A stretch of 64,000 nt of DNA from Longimicrobiales bacterium (GCA_965202805.1 OZ241869.1:1600001-1664000), one strand, 5' to 3'; shown: positions 38,087-48,705, counted from the stretch's first letter. The notes: generated by a model not told the origin, from the sequence alone. Program-made: numbers and translations.

Positions 38087-39151
38087 ATGCAACTGCCTGT
38101 TCGAGGCCGTGGAGCCTCCCGCGATCTGCCCAACCGCTTCGAGCGGCTTCATGTGGAGCTGGCTGCGGAGCCGGGCGATGAGGACGAGCAGCCTCGCAAG
38201 ACCCGATTCTTCACCGACCGGTCCCAGAGCGTCATCGCCCGCAACTCGAGCCCGGACCTGGGCTTCTCGGTCAGCCTGAACCCCTACCGGGGATGCGAGC
38301 ACGGATGCAGCTACTGCTACGCGAGACCGACGCACGAGTACCTGGGCTTCTCCGCGGGGCTCGACTTCGAGAGCCGGATCATGGTGAAGCCCGATGCCCC
38401 CGAACTGTTGAGGAAGGCGCTGGCCGGGCGAGCCTGGCAGCCTCAGACGCTCGCGCTGAGCGGCGTCACCGATCCCTACCAACCGGTGGAGCGGCGGCTG
38501 GGGATCACGCGTGCCTGCCTGGAGGTGCTTCTCGAGTGCCGGCATCCCGTGTCGATCGTCACGAAGAACCACCTTGTGGCGAGGGACATCGACATCCTGT
38601 CGCAGATGGCGGAGCATCGGACGGTGATGGTCACGCTGTCGATCACAACGCTGCGCAACGACCTCCGCCGGGTGATGGAGCCGAGAACGTCGGTTCCCGC
38701 CCGCCGGCTCGCGGCGGTGCGGGCGCTGGCGGATGCGGGGGTTCCGGTGGGCGTGAACGTGGCTCCGCTGATCCCGGGGCTGAACGACCATGAGCTGCCG
38801 GAGATCCTGGCGGCGGCCCGGGAGGCGGGAGCGTCCTGCGCGGGCATGATGCTGCTGCGGCTGCCGTTCGCGGTGAAGGACCTGTTCACCGAATGGCTGG
38901 AACAGCACTTCCCCGATCGGCGCAACAAGGTTCTCGGGCGCCTGCGAGAGGTGCATGGAGGCAGACTCTACGACCCGCGCTTCGGGCGGCGGGGGCGCGG
39001 GAGAGGGCCCTTCGCCGAGCATCTGGGCAACCTCTTCCGGATAAGCTGTCGCAAGCTCGGGCTGAAGCGGCGATCGTACGACCTCGCTACCGATGCCTTC
39101 CGCAGGCCCGAGCGCGCCGGCCAGATACGGCTGTTCGACGCGCGGGGCTGA
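38087..39151 (+). CDS. PA0069 family radical SAM protein (SplB-like)
   Basis: RGRGA N-terminus; NPYRGCEHGCSYCYAR, SGVTDPYQP, EPRT. Confidence 0.92.
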   Translation: MQLPVRGRGASRDLPNRFERLHVELAAEPGDEDEQPRKTRFFTDRSQSVIARNSSPDLGFSVSLNPYRGCEHGCSYCYARPTHEYLGFSAGLDFESRIMVKPDAPELLRKALAGRAWQPQTLALSGVTDPYQPVERRLGITRACLEVLLECRHPVSIVTKNHLVARDIDILSQMAEHRTVMVTLSITTLRNDLRRVMEPRTSVPARRLAAVRALADAGVPVGVNVAPLIPGLNDHELPEILAAAREAGASCAGMMLLRLPFAVKDLFTEWLEQHFPDRRNKVLGRLREVHGGRLYDPRFGRRGRGRGPFAEHLGNLFRISCRKLGLKRRSYDLATDAFRRPERAGQIRLFDARG

Positions 39152-39286
39152 CCGGAACCGACCGGCTGCCGCCTCCGGTCAGGGTGGCGCACGGAGGACG
39201 GTCGCATCCCTCCGTCCGTGACGAGCGGTGCCGCGGACGGCTGTCCGGGCATTCCGCCTGTCCGAGCTGCCGCTACCCTGGGGCCT

Positions 39287-40474
39287 TCAGCGGAGCGCGG
39301 CCAGCAACTCCACGAGCAGCTCCTGGCCCGAGGCGCCCAGGCTGGCCTCGCCCTGGTTGTAGTTGCGCAGCAGAACGACGCCCAGCCCCGACTCGGGCTC
39401 GAAGAGCATGTAGGCGTTGTAGCCGGCCACGGATCCGGAGTGCCCGATGAGCCGGGCTCCGCCGTCCGCGGTGCGGATCATCACGCCCAGGCCATAGCCG
39501 TTGTCGGGATCCTCGGGGGTGTGGACCCGGCTCATCTCCGCAACGCTCTCGTCGGAGAGGATCGCCGGCGAGGCCCTCCCCTGCAGCGCGCCCATGAAGC
39601 GGGCCAGGTCGAGGACGGTGGAGTACACGCCTCCGTTGGGCACCTTGTAGCCGCGGCCGGCATGCTCGCGCGCCGGCTGCTCGGGATCCGGGTTGCCGTC
39701 CCCGCGGTTCACGTAGCCGACGGTCAGCCGGGGCGCCAGTTCGGGACCGATGACGAAGGTGGAGCTGGTCATGCCCAGCGGCTTGAAGACGTCCTCTTCG
39801 ACGAAATCCATGAAGGGCCGTCCCACGGCCCGCGCCACCGCCAGCCCGAGCGTGCCGTAGCCGATGTTCGAATAGGAGTACTCCACGCCCGGCGCGTTCT
39901 GGAAGCGGCTCAGCGGAAGCGACTCAACGATCCGCTCCTGCCAGATCTCGATGGGCCCGGAGGCGGCGATGTCCCACTCGGGCTCGCGCACCAGTCCGGA
40001 GGTATGGCTGGCGAACTGGCGCACGGTCGGCGCCGGAGCGTCCTCCATCGCCCCGGGGAAGCGGGCGGTGGCCGGAAAGATGTCGCTCAGCGGCTGGTCG
40101 AGGTCGATGTAGCCCCGCTCCACCGCCCGCATCATCACCACCGCGGTGACGGTCTTGGAGATGGAGCCCACCCGGTAGATGGAACCCACCCCGGCGGGGA
40201 TGCGCCGGTCGCGGTCGGCCCATCCGAAGGCCCGGGCCCAGACGACGTCGCTGCCCCTCGCCACGGCGGCGCTGACCCCGCCCACATCGTCGGCCGCCAC
40301 CTGTGCCTCCATCTTCTGCTCGAAGCGGGAGATGGCCGCGTTCCACGCGTCCGCGTCGACGCTCTGGGCGGCAACCGGGCGCGCAACGAAAAACGTTGCG
40401 AGCAGCGCGGCAGCGATGTAAACCATTGTCAGTGCTGCGACACGGCGGACCGGAATCGTGATGCCGCGCAACAT
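39287..40474 (-). CDS. Serine hydrolase, beta-lactamase/class C-like
   Basis: GSISK, HTSG, YSN, HSG motifs; signal peptide; start uncertain (40474 or 40426). Confidence 0.88.
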   Translation of the reverse strand: MLRGITIPVRRVAALTMVYIAAALLATFFVARPVAAQSVDADAWNAAISRFEQKMEAQVAADDVGGVSAAVARGSDVVWARAFGWADRDRRIPAGVGSIYRVGSISKTVTAVVMMRAVERGYIDLDQPLSDIFPATARFPGAMEDAPAPTVRQFASHTSGLVREPEWDIAASGPIEIWQERIVESLPLSRFQNAPGVEYSYSNIGYGTLGLAVARAVGRPFMDFVEEDVFKPLGMTSSTFVIGPELAPRLTVGYVNRGDGNPDPEQPAREHAGRGYKVPNGGVYSTVLDLARFMGALQGRASPAILSDESVAEMSRVHTPEDPDNGYGLGVMIRTADGGARLIGHSGSVAGYNAYMLFEPESGLGVVLLRNYNQGEASLGASGQELLVELLAALR

Positions 40475-40571
40475 TCCCGACAAATGTACGTCCCGGTTCA
40501 CCCCGGACGTCTCCCGGATCGGACTGTGAACGCAACCGGGCGGAGCCGCCGCCGCGGACCGCTCGCGCACC

Positions 40572-41906
40572 TCAGTTCCCCATCTCATCGGCGATCTCCT
40601 CCAGCCTTCTCCGGATCTCCTCTTCGGGCAGCCAGCGGCCCCGGAACATGACGCCCGCGCGGTCGGCCACGTTGGCCACGTCGGACAGCGGATTCGCGTT
40701 CAGGAGCAGGAGATCGGCGCGCCGACCGACCGCCACCGTCCCGAACGAGTCCCTCCCCTGGAAGTACTCACCCACGTTGCGGGTCCCGCTCACGAGGATC
40801 TCCCAGGGGGACATGCCGGCGTCGACCATCGCCTTCATCTCGCGATGGATCGAGAAGCCCGGCACGCTGAAGATCTGGGGCGAATCGGTCCCCAGGAGAA
40901 TGCCCGCGCCGCCATCCGACAGCGCCTTCAGAACCCGATTGCGGTTGGCCACCCACTGCGCAGCCCGCTCCGGGCTGGTCCGGGACGCCGCAGCCCGCTG
41001 TCGGCCTTCCCAACCCTCCACCTGGAATCCGGGCCAGTAGCGCATCTCCGGGTAGCGCGCCATTTCGGCGGCGTCGCCCCGGCCGATGATGCCGACCTCC
41101 CAGAGGACCATGGTCGGGACCACCCAGGCGCGCGCATTGCGCGTCAGCTGCACGATGTGGCGGAGCCGGTCCTCATCGACCTCGCCCTCGAAGGCGTCCA
41201 GGAACTCGATGTAGCCGTCGAGGTGGTCGAAGGTCTCCTGGCCCATGAGGATGGCATGCTCGAGCCCCACGTCCGCCGGCACATGCCCGGCGAAGCGGAT
41301 CCCCACCTCCTGGGCGGTGACCGCCATGGCGTTGTACTCGTCGCGCGTGGGTCCCGGATGGATCTTCAGCAGATCCCATCCCTCCCGCTTCTGGCGGCGC
41401 ACCTGCTCCTCCGCCTCCGCGGGGGAGTTCACGCTCCGGTCGTTGAAGCTCGGGCCGGCCATGTAGAGGGTCGGCGCGATGATCTCCCCGGCGTTGGCCC
41501 TGGCGCGCAGGGACAGGTGGCCGTCCTGCCCCAGCATGCCGCGCACGGTGGTGACGCCGTTGGCCACGTAGAGGAACATCACCGTTTCCTCGATGTCGCC
41601 GCCGGGCATGTGCCCGTGCATCTCGGCGAGGCCGGGCATGAGGTACTTGCCGGCGGCGTCGATGACCAGGGCGTCCGCGGGCGGATCCACCGAGGCCGAC
41701 GGCCCCATCTCCACGATGCGTCCGGCGGAGACCACCACCGTGTAGTCGGCGAGAACGCCCTCGCGGTCCATCGGCACCACGTTCGCGTTGACGAACGCGG
41801 TGGTGCGCTGCGGCGGGACCTGGGCGTGCGTGTCCTGCGGCAGGGTCAGGCCGGCGACTGCCAGCCATGAAGCGGCGAGAATGGTTCGGGGGACAGGGGC
41901 ATGCAT
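40572..41906 (-). CDS. Secreted amidohydrolase family protein
   Basis: AGGAGG RBS; signal peptide; PGLAEMHGH, GVTTVR, AGHVP, GTDSP, GRRADLLLL. Confidence 0.88.
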   Translation of the reverse strand: MHAPVPRTILAASWLAVAGLTLPQDTHAQVPPQRTTAFVNANVVPMDREGVLADYTVVVSAGRIVEMGPSASVDPPADALVIDAAGKYLMPGLAEMHGHMPGGDIEETVMFLYVANGVTTVRGMLGQDGHLSLRARANAGEIIAPTLYMAGPSFNDRSVNSPAEAEEQVRRQKREGWDLLKIHPGPTRDEYNAMAVTAQEVGIRFAGHVPADVGLEHAILMGQETFDHLDGYIEFLDAFEGEVDEDRLRHIVQLTRNARAWVVPTMVLWEVGIIGRGDAAEMARYPEMRYWPGFQVEGWEGRQRAAASRTSPERAAQWVANRNRVLKALSDGGAGILLGTDSPQIFSVPGFSIHREMKAMVDAGMSPWEILVSGTRNVGEYFQGRDSFGTVAVGRRADLLLLNANPLSDVANVADRAGVMFRGRWLPEEEIRRRLEEIADEMGN

Positions 41907-42264
41907 GTCGACTCCTCCTCTCCTGATCGAGCGACGAGGCACATCGGGGGATGCAGCGCAATCCAGCGCGTTGCGTCCCCGGCCGCGCTCCGTCAAAAAG
42001 GCTGTCCGCCGAATCGCGTGTCAATCGGGAGCCACGCTGTGTTCGATGGGCGCCCGCCGGACGCGCGCCCGCTGACGCACACCCGGGGTTTGCGCGCCGG
42101 GCGGTCCAGCCCGCATGGTTTCCTGTCGGCATCGCACCGCCGCGACAGCTCCGCAACAGTCCGCTGTCGGGACAGCCGGCCATGCCGAGGGCCTCGGCCA
42201 CCGCCGGACGCCGCCCGCGGCAGACGCGCCGGCCCGGCCCGAACACCCGAACATCCGCCCGCCC

Positions 42265-43170
42265 GTGAACGTCCACCTGATCGACGGCACCTACGAGCTC
42301 TTCCGCCACTTCTACGCGGTCCCTTCGCGCACCGACCGCGCGGGCCGCGAGGTGGGCGCCCTGCTGGGGGTGCTGCACTCGCTGCTCGGGATGCTGGAAG
42401 CGGGAGCCACCCACATCGGGGTCGCCACCGATCATGTCATCGAGTCGTTCCGAAACGAGCTCTGGCCGGGCTACAAGAGCTCGGCGGGCATCGATCCCGC
42501 GTTGTGGGCCCAGTTTCATCCCATGGAAGGCGCCCTCGCGGCGATGGGAGTCGCGGTGTGGCCGATGGTCGAGCTCGAAGCGGACGACGGAATGGCCTCA
42601 GCGGCCCGCCTGGCGGGCGCGGACCCGGAGGTGGAGCGGATCTTCATCTGCACGCCCGACAAGGACCTCAGCCAGTGCGTCTCGGGGACGCGCATCGTGC
42701 AGTTCGACCGGCGCCAGCGTACCCTGCGCGACGAAGAGGGGGTGGTGGACAGGTTCGGGGTGCGGCCGGCCTCGATCCCCGACTACCTGGCGCTGGTGGG
42801 CGACAGTGCGGACGGGTTTCCGGGCATCCCCGGCTGGGGCGCCAAGTCGACGGCCGCGGTGCTCGGACACTACGGGCACCTGGAGGCGATCCCTCTCCGC
42901 AGCCTGCCCTGGGGCGTCGCCGTAAGAGGAGCGGCGCGGCTGCAGGAGAATCTCCGCGCCGGATGGCGGGACGCCCTGCTGTTCCGGGACCTGGCCACCC
43001 TGCGGGATGACGCGTCGCTGTTCGACGACCTCGAGGAACTCCGGTGGACCGGAGCCACGCCCGGCTTCGAGCGCGTCGCCGAGTCCCTGGGAGATGCCCG
43101 GCTCGCAGGTCGGGTCGAGCGCGCGGCATCCGGGCGGGGCCGGGGGCGCGCGCAGATACCGGAACCGTAG
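42265..43170 (+). CDS. Stand-alone 5'-3' exonuclease / flap endonuclease
   Basis: HLIDGT, FRNELWPGYK, EADD, DKD, LVGDSADGFPGIPGWGAKS (H3TH). Confidence 0.9.
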   Translation: MNVHLIDGTYELFRHFYAVPSRTDRAGREVGALLGVLHSLLGMLEAGATHIGVATDHVIESFRNELWPGYKSSAGIDPALWAQFHPMEGALAAMGVAVWPMVELEADDGMASAARLAGADPEVERIFICTPDKDLSQCVSGTRIVQFDRRQRTLRDEEGVVDRFGVRPASIPDYLALVGDSADGFPGIPGWGAKSTAAVLGHYGHLEAIPLRSLPWGVAVRGAARLQENLRAGWRDALLFRDLATLRDDASLFDDLEELRWTGATPGFERVAESLGDARLAGRVERAASGRGRGRAQIPEP

Positions 43171-43315
43171 AGGGGCCGGAAGCCACGCGGCCCATAACCG
43201 CATGCCGGCCGAACGCATGAAAAAACGGGACGATCCGCTCCCGCGGGGAAGCGGAGCCCGCCCCGTCGCTTTAGATTGACTCCGGTCGTCACTGAATCCT
43301 CCCAAAGGGGCTCAC

Positions 43316-46300
43316 ATGAAGAACGTCATCACCCTCCTGCTCGCCCTGTCGCTTCTCCCGCTCGCATTCGCGGCGGCGCCGGCCGAGGCGCAGTCCAACG
43401 GATCCGCGGCCAGCGCGGCCGTCTCCCCTTCCCTGTTCGACGGAATGCGCTACCGCACCGTCGGGCCCTCCCGCGGTGGACGCGTCACGACCGTGGCCGG
43501 ACATCCCAGCCACCCGGCGACCTTCTACATGGGCGCGGTCGGCGGAGGCATCTGGAAGACCGAGGACTACGGGCAGACCTGGCGGCCCATCTCCGACGGC
43601 TATCTGGCCACCGGCTCGATGGGCGCGATCCGGGTGGCGCCCTCCGACCCGAACATCATCTATGCGGGAACCGGCTCGGACGGCATCCGCAGCAACGTGA
43701 TCACCGGAAAGGGCATCTACCGGTCCGACGACGCCGGCTCGAGCTGGCGCTTCATCGGGCTGCCCGACGCGGGGCAGATCGGCGCCGTCGAGGTGCATCC
43801 CGACGATCCGGAACTGGTCTACGTCGCGGCGATGGGGAACACCTTCAAGCCCAACCCGGAGCGCGGCGTCTACCGCAGCCGCGACGGGGGCGCGAACTGG
43901 GAGCTGGTGCTCTTCGTCTCCGACTCGACAGGCGCGGTCGACCTGGAGCTGGCCCCCGACAACCCGGACGAGATCTACGCCGGCATGTACCGCGGCGAGC
44001 GCAAGCCCTGGACCATCATCAGCGGCGCCATGGAGGGCGGCATCTACAAGTCCTCGGACGGCGGCGACAGCTGGACCGAACTGGAGCAGGGCCTGCCGGG
44101 CGGGCTGTTCGGCAAGAGCGATCTGGCCGTCTCCCCCGCGGATCCCGACCGGGTGTACGCGCTCATCGAGGCGCCCGAGCCGGAGGACGGCCTGTATCGC
44201 TCAGACGACCGCGGCGCCACCTGGCGTCAGGTGTCGAGCTACAACCCGATCCTCAACCGGCCCTTCTACTACACCGGGGTGGACGCCGACCCGACCAACG
44301 CGGACATCGTCTACGTCAACAACGAGGGGTTCTACAAGTCGACCAACGGCGGGGCGGACTGGCAGCGGCGCCCGACGCCGCACGGGGACAACCACGACAT
44401 GTGGATCAACCCGGACGACCCCGACCTCTTCGTCCAGTCCAACGACGGCGGCGCCAACGTCACCCGCGACGGCGGCCTGACCTGGTCGACCCAGAACAAC
44501 CAGCCCACGGCCGAGCTCTACCAGGTCGACATCGACGACCGCTTCCCGTACTGGCTGTACGCCGGCCAGCAGGACAACTCCACGATCGCGGTGCCCAGCC
44601 GGCGACCCTACGGGATGCCCGCCGGCCACACGGCCCACTGGCGCGCCGTCGGCGGCTGCGAGACCGGACCGGTCGTGCCGAAACCCGGCAATCCGGACAT
44701 CGTCTACGCCAACTGCAAGGGCCGCTTCGGCCGCTACAGCTGGAGCACCGACCAGGAGAAGCAGTACTACGTGGGCGCCTGGGACCTGTACGGCCGCAAC
44801 CCGGCCGACCTGCCCTACCGCTTCCAGCGGGTCGCGCCCATCCACGTCTCCCCCAACGACCCCGACGTCGTCTACCACACCTCGCAGTACGTGCACCGCA
44901 CCACCGACGAGGGCATGACCTGGGAGACCATCTCTCCCGATCTCACCGCCTTCGAGCCCGAAACCCAGATGGCCTCCGGGGCGCCCATCACGCGCGACAT
45001 CACCGGGGAGGAGCACTACAGCGTGCTCTACGACATCCAGGAATCGCCCCACGACCCGAACGTAATCTGGACGGGGGCAAATGACGGCCCCATCCACGTC
45101 ACCCGCGACGGCGGCGAGAACTGGGCCGACGTGACTCCCGACATGCCGGGGCGCGGCCGGGTGCAGAACATCGACGTGTCGCCGCACGACCCGGCCAAGG
45201 CCTACGCCACCATCCTGCGCTACCAGCTGGGCGACTTCGAGCCGTACGCCTACCGGACCGAGGATTACGGGCAGTCCTGGACCCGCATCACCACCGGCGA
45301 CAACGGCATTCCGGACGACCATCCGGTGCGCGTGGTGCGCGAGGACCCGGGCCGGGAGGGACTGCTCTACGCCGGCACCGAGTTCGGGATGTTCATCTCC
45401 TTCGACGACGGCGGCAGCTGGCAGTCGTTCAAGCTGAACATGCCCACCACGCCCATCACCGACATGAAGGTGCACCTGGGCGACCTGGTGCTGTCCACCA
45501 TGGGACGGGGATTCTGGATTCTCGACAACCTGGGCCCGCTGCACGAGCTGAGCGCGGAGGTCACCGCCGCGGACGCCCATCTCTTCGCGCCGCGCCCCGC
45601 CTACCGCGCCTTCAGCTCCGGATTCGGCGGGGGCTTCGACCCGGCCGCGCCCGAGTATCCGCGCGCCGGCGTGATGATCGACTACTACCTGGCCAACGAC
45701 GCGGACGAGGTCACGCTCGACATCATGGACGCCGAAGGCAACCTGGTGCGCTCCTTCTCGAGCGACGCCATGGGCGAGCAGATGGTGCCCCCGGCCGAAC
45801 CGGGCATGCGCGCGCCCACCCTTGAGCGGATCGGCACCCCCAGGATGCCCAACTCCGCCGGCATGCACCGCTTCACGTGGGACTTCCGCTATCCGGGCCC
45901 CTGGGACGCCAGTCCCGCGCGCGCCGGCCGGGGCGGACCGGTGGCGGTGCCGGGCACCTACCAGGTGCGCCTGAACGTGGGCGGCTGGAGCGCCGCCGCG
46001 AGCGCCGAGGTGGTCATGGATCCGCGGGTGGCCGCCGACGGGGTCACCATGGATCACCTGCGCGACCAGTTCACGCTGGCCATGCAGGTGCGCGACGCGC
46101 TCAGCCAGGCGCGCATGGCCGCCGCGAAGATCGCGGAGGTCACCCCCGGCCTCGAGGACCGGGACGAGATGCAGGAAGCCCTGGAGCAGCTTCAGGAGAT
46201 CGAGAGCGCCCTGGTGAACGAGAGCGACGACGGGATCCGCTATCCCGAGCGCATGCTGCTCAGCCAGATGAACTACCTCTACTCGATGCTCAACCGCGCC

Positions 46301-46417
46301 GACCAGATGCCCGGACGGGACGCGCAGGTCCGGTACGAGGAGCTGCAGGCCGAGCTGGAGGTGCACATCCGCAACCTCGAGCGCCTGCTGAGGGCCACGA
46401 TCACGGCGGCCGACTGA
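43316..46417 (+). CDS. BNR/Asp-box (VPS10-like) beta-propeller glycosyl hydrolase-like protein
   Basis: Signal peptide; GPSRGGR; repeated S.DGG..W Asp-boxes; C-terminal coiled coil. Confidence 0.88.
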   Translation: MKNVITLLLALSLLPLAFAAAPAEAQSNGSAASAAVSPSLFDGMRYRTVGPSRGGRVTTVAGHPSHPATFYMGAVGGGIWKTEDYGQTWRPISDGYLATGSMGAIRVAPSDPNIIYAGTGSDGIRSNVITGKGIYRSDDAGSSWRFIGLPDAGQIGAVEVHPDDPELVYVAAMGNTFKPNPERGVYRSRDGGANWELVLFVSDSTGAVDLELAPDNPDEIYAGMYRGERKPWTIISGAMEGGIYKSSDGGDSWTELEQGLPGGLFGKSDLAVSPADPDRVYALIEAPEPEDGLYRSDDRGATWRQVSSYNPILNRPFYYTGVDADPTNADIVYVNNEGFYKSTNGGADWQRRPTPHGDNHDMWINPDDPDLFVQSNDGGANVTRDGGLTWSTQNNQPTAELYQVDIDDRFPYWLYAGQQDNSTIAVPSRRPYGMPAGHTAHWRAVGGCETGPVVPKPGNPDIVYANCKGRFGRYSWSTDQEKQYYVGAWDLYGRNPADLPYRFQRVAPIHVSPNDPDVVYHTSQYVHRTTDEGMTWETISPDLTAFEPETQMASGAPITRDITGEEHYSVLYDIQESPHDPNVIWTGANDGPIHVTRDGGENWADVTPDMPGRGRVQNIDVSPHDPAKAYATILRYQLGDFEPYAYRTEDYGQSWTRITTGDNGIPDDHPVRVVREDPGREGLLYAGTEFGMFISFDDGGSWQSFKLNMPTTPITDMKVHLGDLVLSTMGRGFWILDNLGPLHELSAEVTAADAHLFAPRPAYRAFSSGFGGGFDPAAPEYPRAGVMIDYYLANDADEVTLDIMDAEGNLVRSFSSDAMGEQMVPPAEPGMRAPTLERIGTPRMPNSAGMHRFTWDFRYPGPWDASPARAGRGGPVAVPGTYQVRLNVGGWSAAASAEVVMDPRVAADGVTMDHLRDQFTLAMQVRDALSQARMAAAKIAEVTPGLEDRDEMQEALEQLQEIESALVNESDDGIRYPERMLLSQMNYLYSMLNRADQMPGRDAQVRYEELQAELEVHIRNLERLLRATITAAD

Positions 46418-46453
46418 AGCTGGAGCGGAGGCGCGATCCGCGGGAGGTGCGAC

Positions 46454-46705
46454 CTGAGCTTTGCCTATCACGTCACCCCCGCGGACGTGCTTCTGGTTCT
46501 GGAGGCGCACGGCGCCGCGGAGTCGGAGGAGGACGACGCGGTCCTGGACGCCCTCTATCTCGTCAATGAATGGGAGGGGCGCATCTCCGAGGTGGCGCTG
46601 AAACATGACGGCGCCCACGACGGCCAGCTCGCCGTGTGGCACGAGATCGAGGCCATCCTCATCGAGGAAGGCTACCTGGAGGAACCCCCGAGGCTGGGCG
46701 AGTGA
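46454..46705 (+). CDS. Small acidic hypothetical protein coupled to kynA
   Basis: GGAGGT RBS before an in-frame CTG at 46454 (alternative GTG 46487); stop overlaps the kynA start (GTGA). Confidence 0.6.
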   Translation: MSFAYHVTPADVLLVLEAHGAAESEEDDAVLDALYLVNEWEGRISEVALKHDGAHDGQLAVWHEIEAILIEEGYLEEPPRLGE

Positions 46706-47496
46706 CCCGCACCCCTGAAGCCGTCAACTACGAGCGCTATCTCAGGCTGGATGAGCTCCTCCGGCTGCAGAAGCCGAGGGATGACGTTGAACACGACGAG
46801 ATGCTGTTCATCGTCATTCACCAGGTATACGAGCTGTGGTTCAAGGTGCTCCTCCACGAGATGGACTACTGCTGTCGCCGGCTCGAAGACGGAGACGCAC
46901 CCCGGGCCCAGCATACGCTCAAGCGCATCCTCACCATCCTCAAGGTGCTGGTCGCGCAGCTCGACATCCTCGAGACCATGAGCCCGGTCGAGTTCCTGGC
47001 CTTCCGCGACCATCTGGACACCGCCAGCGGCTTCCAGTCGGACCAGTTCCGCGCTCTCGAGTTCTGCCTGGGGTGGAAGCACCGGGCCGCCCTCAAGCGC
47101 TTCGAACCCGGCAGCCGGGCCCGGCTGGATCTCGAGCGACGCTGGAGCGCGCCGACGTTGTGGGACTGCTTCCTGCAGTATCTGGCCGGGGAGGGGTACG
47201 ACATTCCGCGCAATAGCCTGGAGCGGAATGTGACGCGGCCGGTGGAGGTGGACAGTGCCATGCACGCGGTCCTGGTCGAGATCTATCGCCGGGACGCCCG
47301 CAACGCCCAGTTGTGCGAGCGCCTCGTGGACCTGGACGAGGGGCTCCAGGAATGGCGCTACCGCCACATGAAGATGGTGCAGCGGACCATCGGCCATAAG
47401 CCCGGGACCGGCGGATCCGCGGGGTCCCGCTATCTGGCCACGACGCTCAACAAACCGGTGTTCCCGGACCTGTGGGAGATTCGGGCACGGTTGTAG
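46702..47496 (+). CDS. kynA: Tryptophan 2,3-dioxygenase
   Basis: YLRLDELL, HDEMLFIVIHQVYELWFK, SGFQS, WRYRH, GTGGS, FPDLW. Confidence 0.95.
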   Translation: MTRTPEAVNYERYLRLDELLRLQKPRDDVEHDEMLFIVIHQVYELWFKVLLHEMDYCCRRLEDGDAPRAQHTLKRILTILKVLVAQLDILETMSPVEFLAFRDHLDTASGFQSDQFRALEFCLGWKHRAALKRFEPGSRARLDLERRWSAPTLWDCFLQYLAGEGYDIPRNSLERNVTRPVEVDSAMHAVLVEIYRRDARNAQLCERLVDLDEGLQEWRYRHMKMVQRTIGHKPGTGGSAGSRYLATTLNKPVFPDLWEIRARL

Positions 47497-47539
47497 CGGC
47501 AAACCCGCGGGGCGCTGCCGCCGATGTTCTGTGGCGCCC

Positions 47540-48634
47540 TCAGGCCCCCTCGCAAACCCTCGGCGCAGTGTACTCCAGACCCAGCAGGCGAAAGTAGTTC
47601 TGACCGAGCGCGATGTTGCGGAAGGCGTTGTCGTCGAGGTAGCGCAGGATCCGGCCCGTGACCTCCAGCTCGGTGCGGTAGACCGCGAAGCTCTTGTCCC
47701 TTGAGGCCAGGAAGTCGGTCCCCGGGAGAACGCGCTCCGAGTACCGGTTCAGGAAGGGAACGTAGGCCGTCCTCGCCTCCGGGTCCGAGAAATAGGCGTC
47801 GTCCAGGACGCGCCAGGAGATGTCAAGCATCAGGCGGGGATGGCGGTCGAGCATCGACGTCACGATCGCGATGTGCTCGGCGGGGGCCATCCGCGTCAGT
47901 TCCCGCGACAGGCCCATGTGCACCCACACGATGTCGTTGTCGGGATACAGGCGCAGCACCTCCTCCATCAGCGGAACGTAGAAGGTCGGGTTTTCGTCGT
48001 TGCCCAGGTCCGCGTGGATCGCCAGCGGCATGTCGCGCGCGCGGAGCACCTCCATGAACGGCGCCCAGTCGGCGAGGACCTCCTCGGGAACCGCCCCGCG
48101 GCCGTTCGCGAACACGGCCTGCTTCACCAGGTTGACCTCGCCCATCCACGAGAAGACGCCCGGGTACTCCTCCTCCAGGCGGCGCATTTCGGGGAGGATG
48201 GTCGCGGGGCGGGCCAGGTCGGGGAAGGTCATCGACAGCGTCAGATGCACGTCCGATGGCGGACTCGCCTCGTACCCGGCGGCGTTGGCACGGTCGTTGT
48301 CGAGGGAGGGATTCAGCGGGGTTCCGGGACAGTCCAGGTAGTAGGTGCAGGACGAAAAGTCCGGGAGCGTCTGGCCGATCCCGTAGACGTTCGCGAAGAG
48401 CACGCCCGTCTGCCGCAGGTACCCGACGATCTCGTCGAACGGGATCTCCGCACCCCCGAAGGGACGGAAGTGGAGGTGGGCGTCTACGACGGCGGTCTGG
48501 GGCTCGGCGGAGCGATCGTAGCACGGGGCGTCGGCGGCCCGATACAACTCCAGCGCCGAAGACGATACGCAGCCTGTGGCGGCCAGCAAGGCGCCGGCCA
48601 GCAGTGGCCTGGATGGGAACTCGGCCAGGATCAT
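47540..48634 (-). CDS. Amidohydrolase-fold lipoprotein
   Basis: ATGC lipobox; VVDAHLH, GEVN, IHAD, WVHMG, DISW, GTDF. Confidence 0.75.
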   Translation of the reverse strand: MILAEFPSRPLLAGALLAATGCVSSSALELYRAADAPCYDRSAEPQTAVVDAHLHFRPFGGAEIPFDEIVGYLRQTGVLFANVYGIGQTLPDFSSCTYYLDCPGTPLNPSLDNDRANAAGYEASPPSDVHLTLSMTFPDLARPATILPEMRRLEEEYPGVFSWMGEVNLVKQAVFANGRGAVPEEVLADWAPFMEVLRARDMPLAIHADLGNDENPTFYVPLMEEVLRLYPDNDIVWVHMGLSRELTRMAPAEHIAIVTSMLDRHPRLMLDISWRVLDDAYFSDPEARTAYVPFLNRYSERVLPGTDFLASRDKSFAVYRTELEVTGRILRYLDDNAFRNIALGQNYFRLLGLEYTAPRVCEGA

Positions 48635-48705
48635 CGATCGCTTCCGGATCAGTCGAAGGAAGGAAGGGTCACGAAGGGAATGCGAATCGGCGGCGGTGCG
48701 TCTCC

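Noticed and set aside
39287..40474. Beta-lactam resistance gene
   Set aside because: SxxK/YxN/HxG motifs are shared by many esterases and peptidases; nothing specific for a true beta-lactamase.
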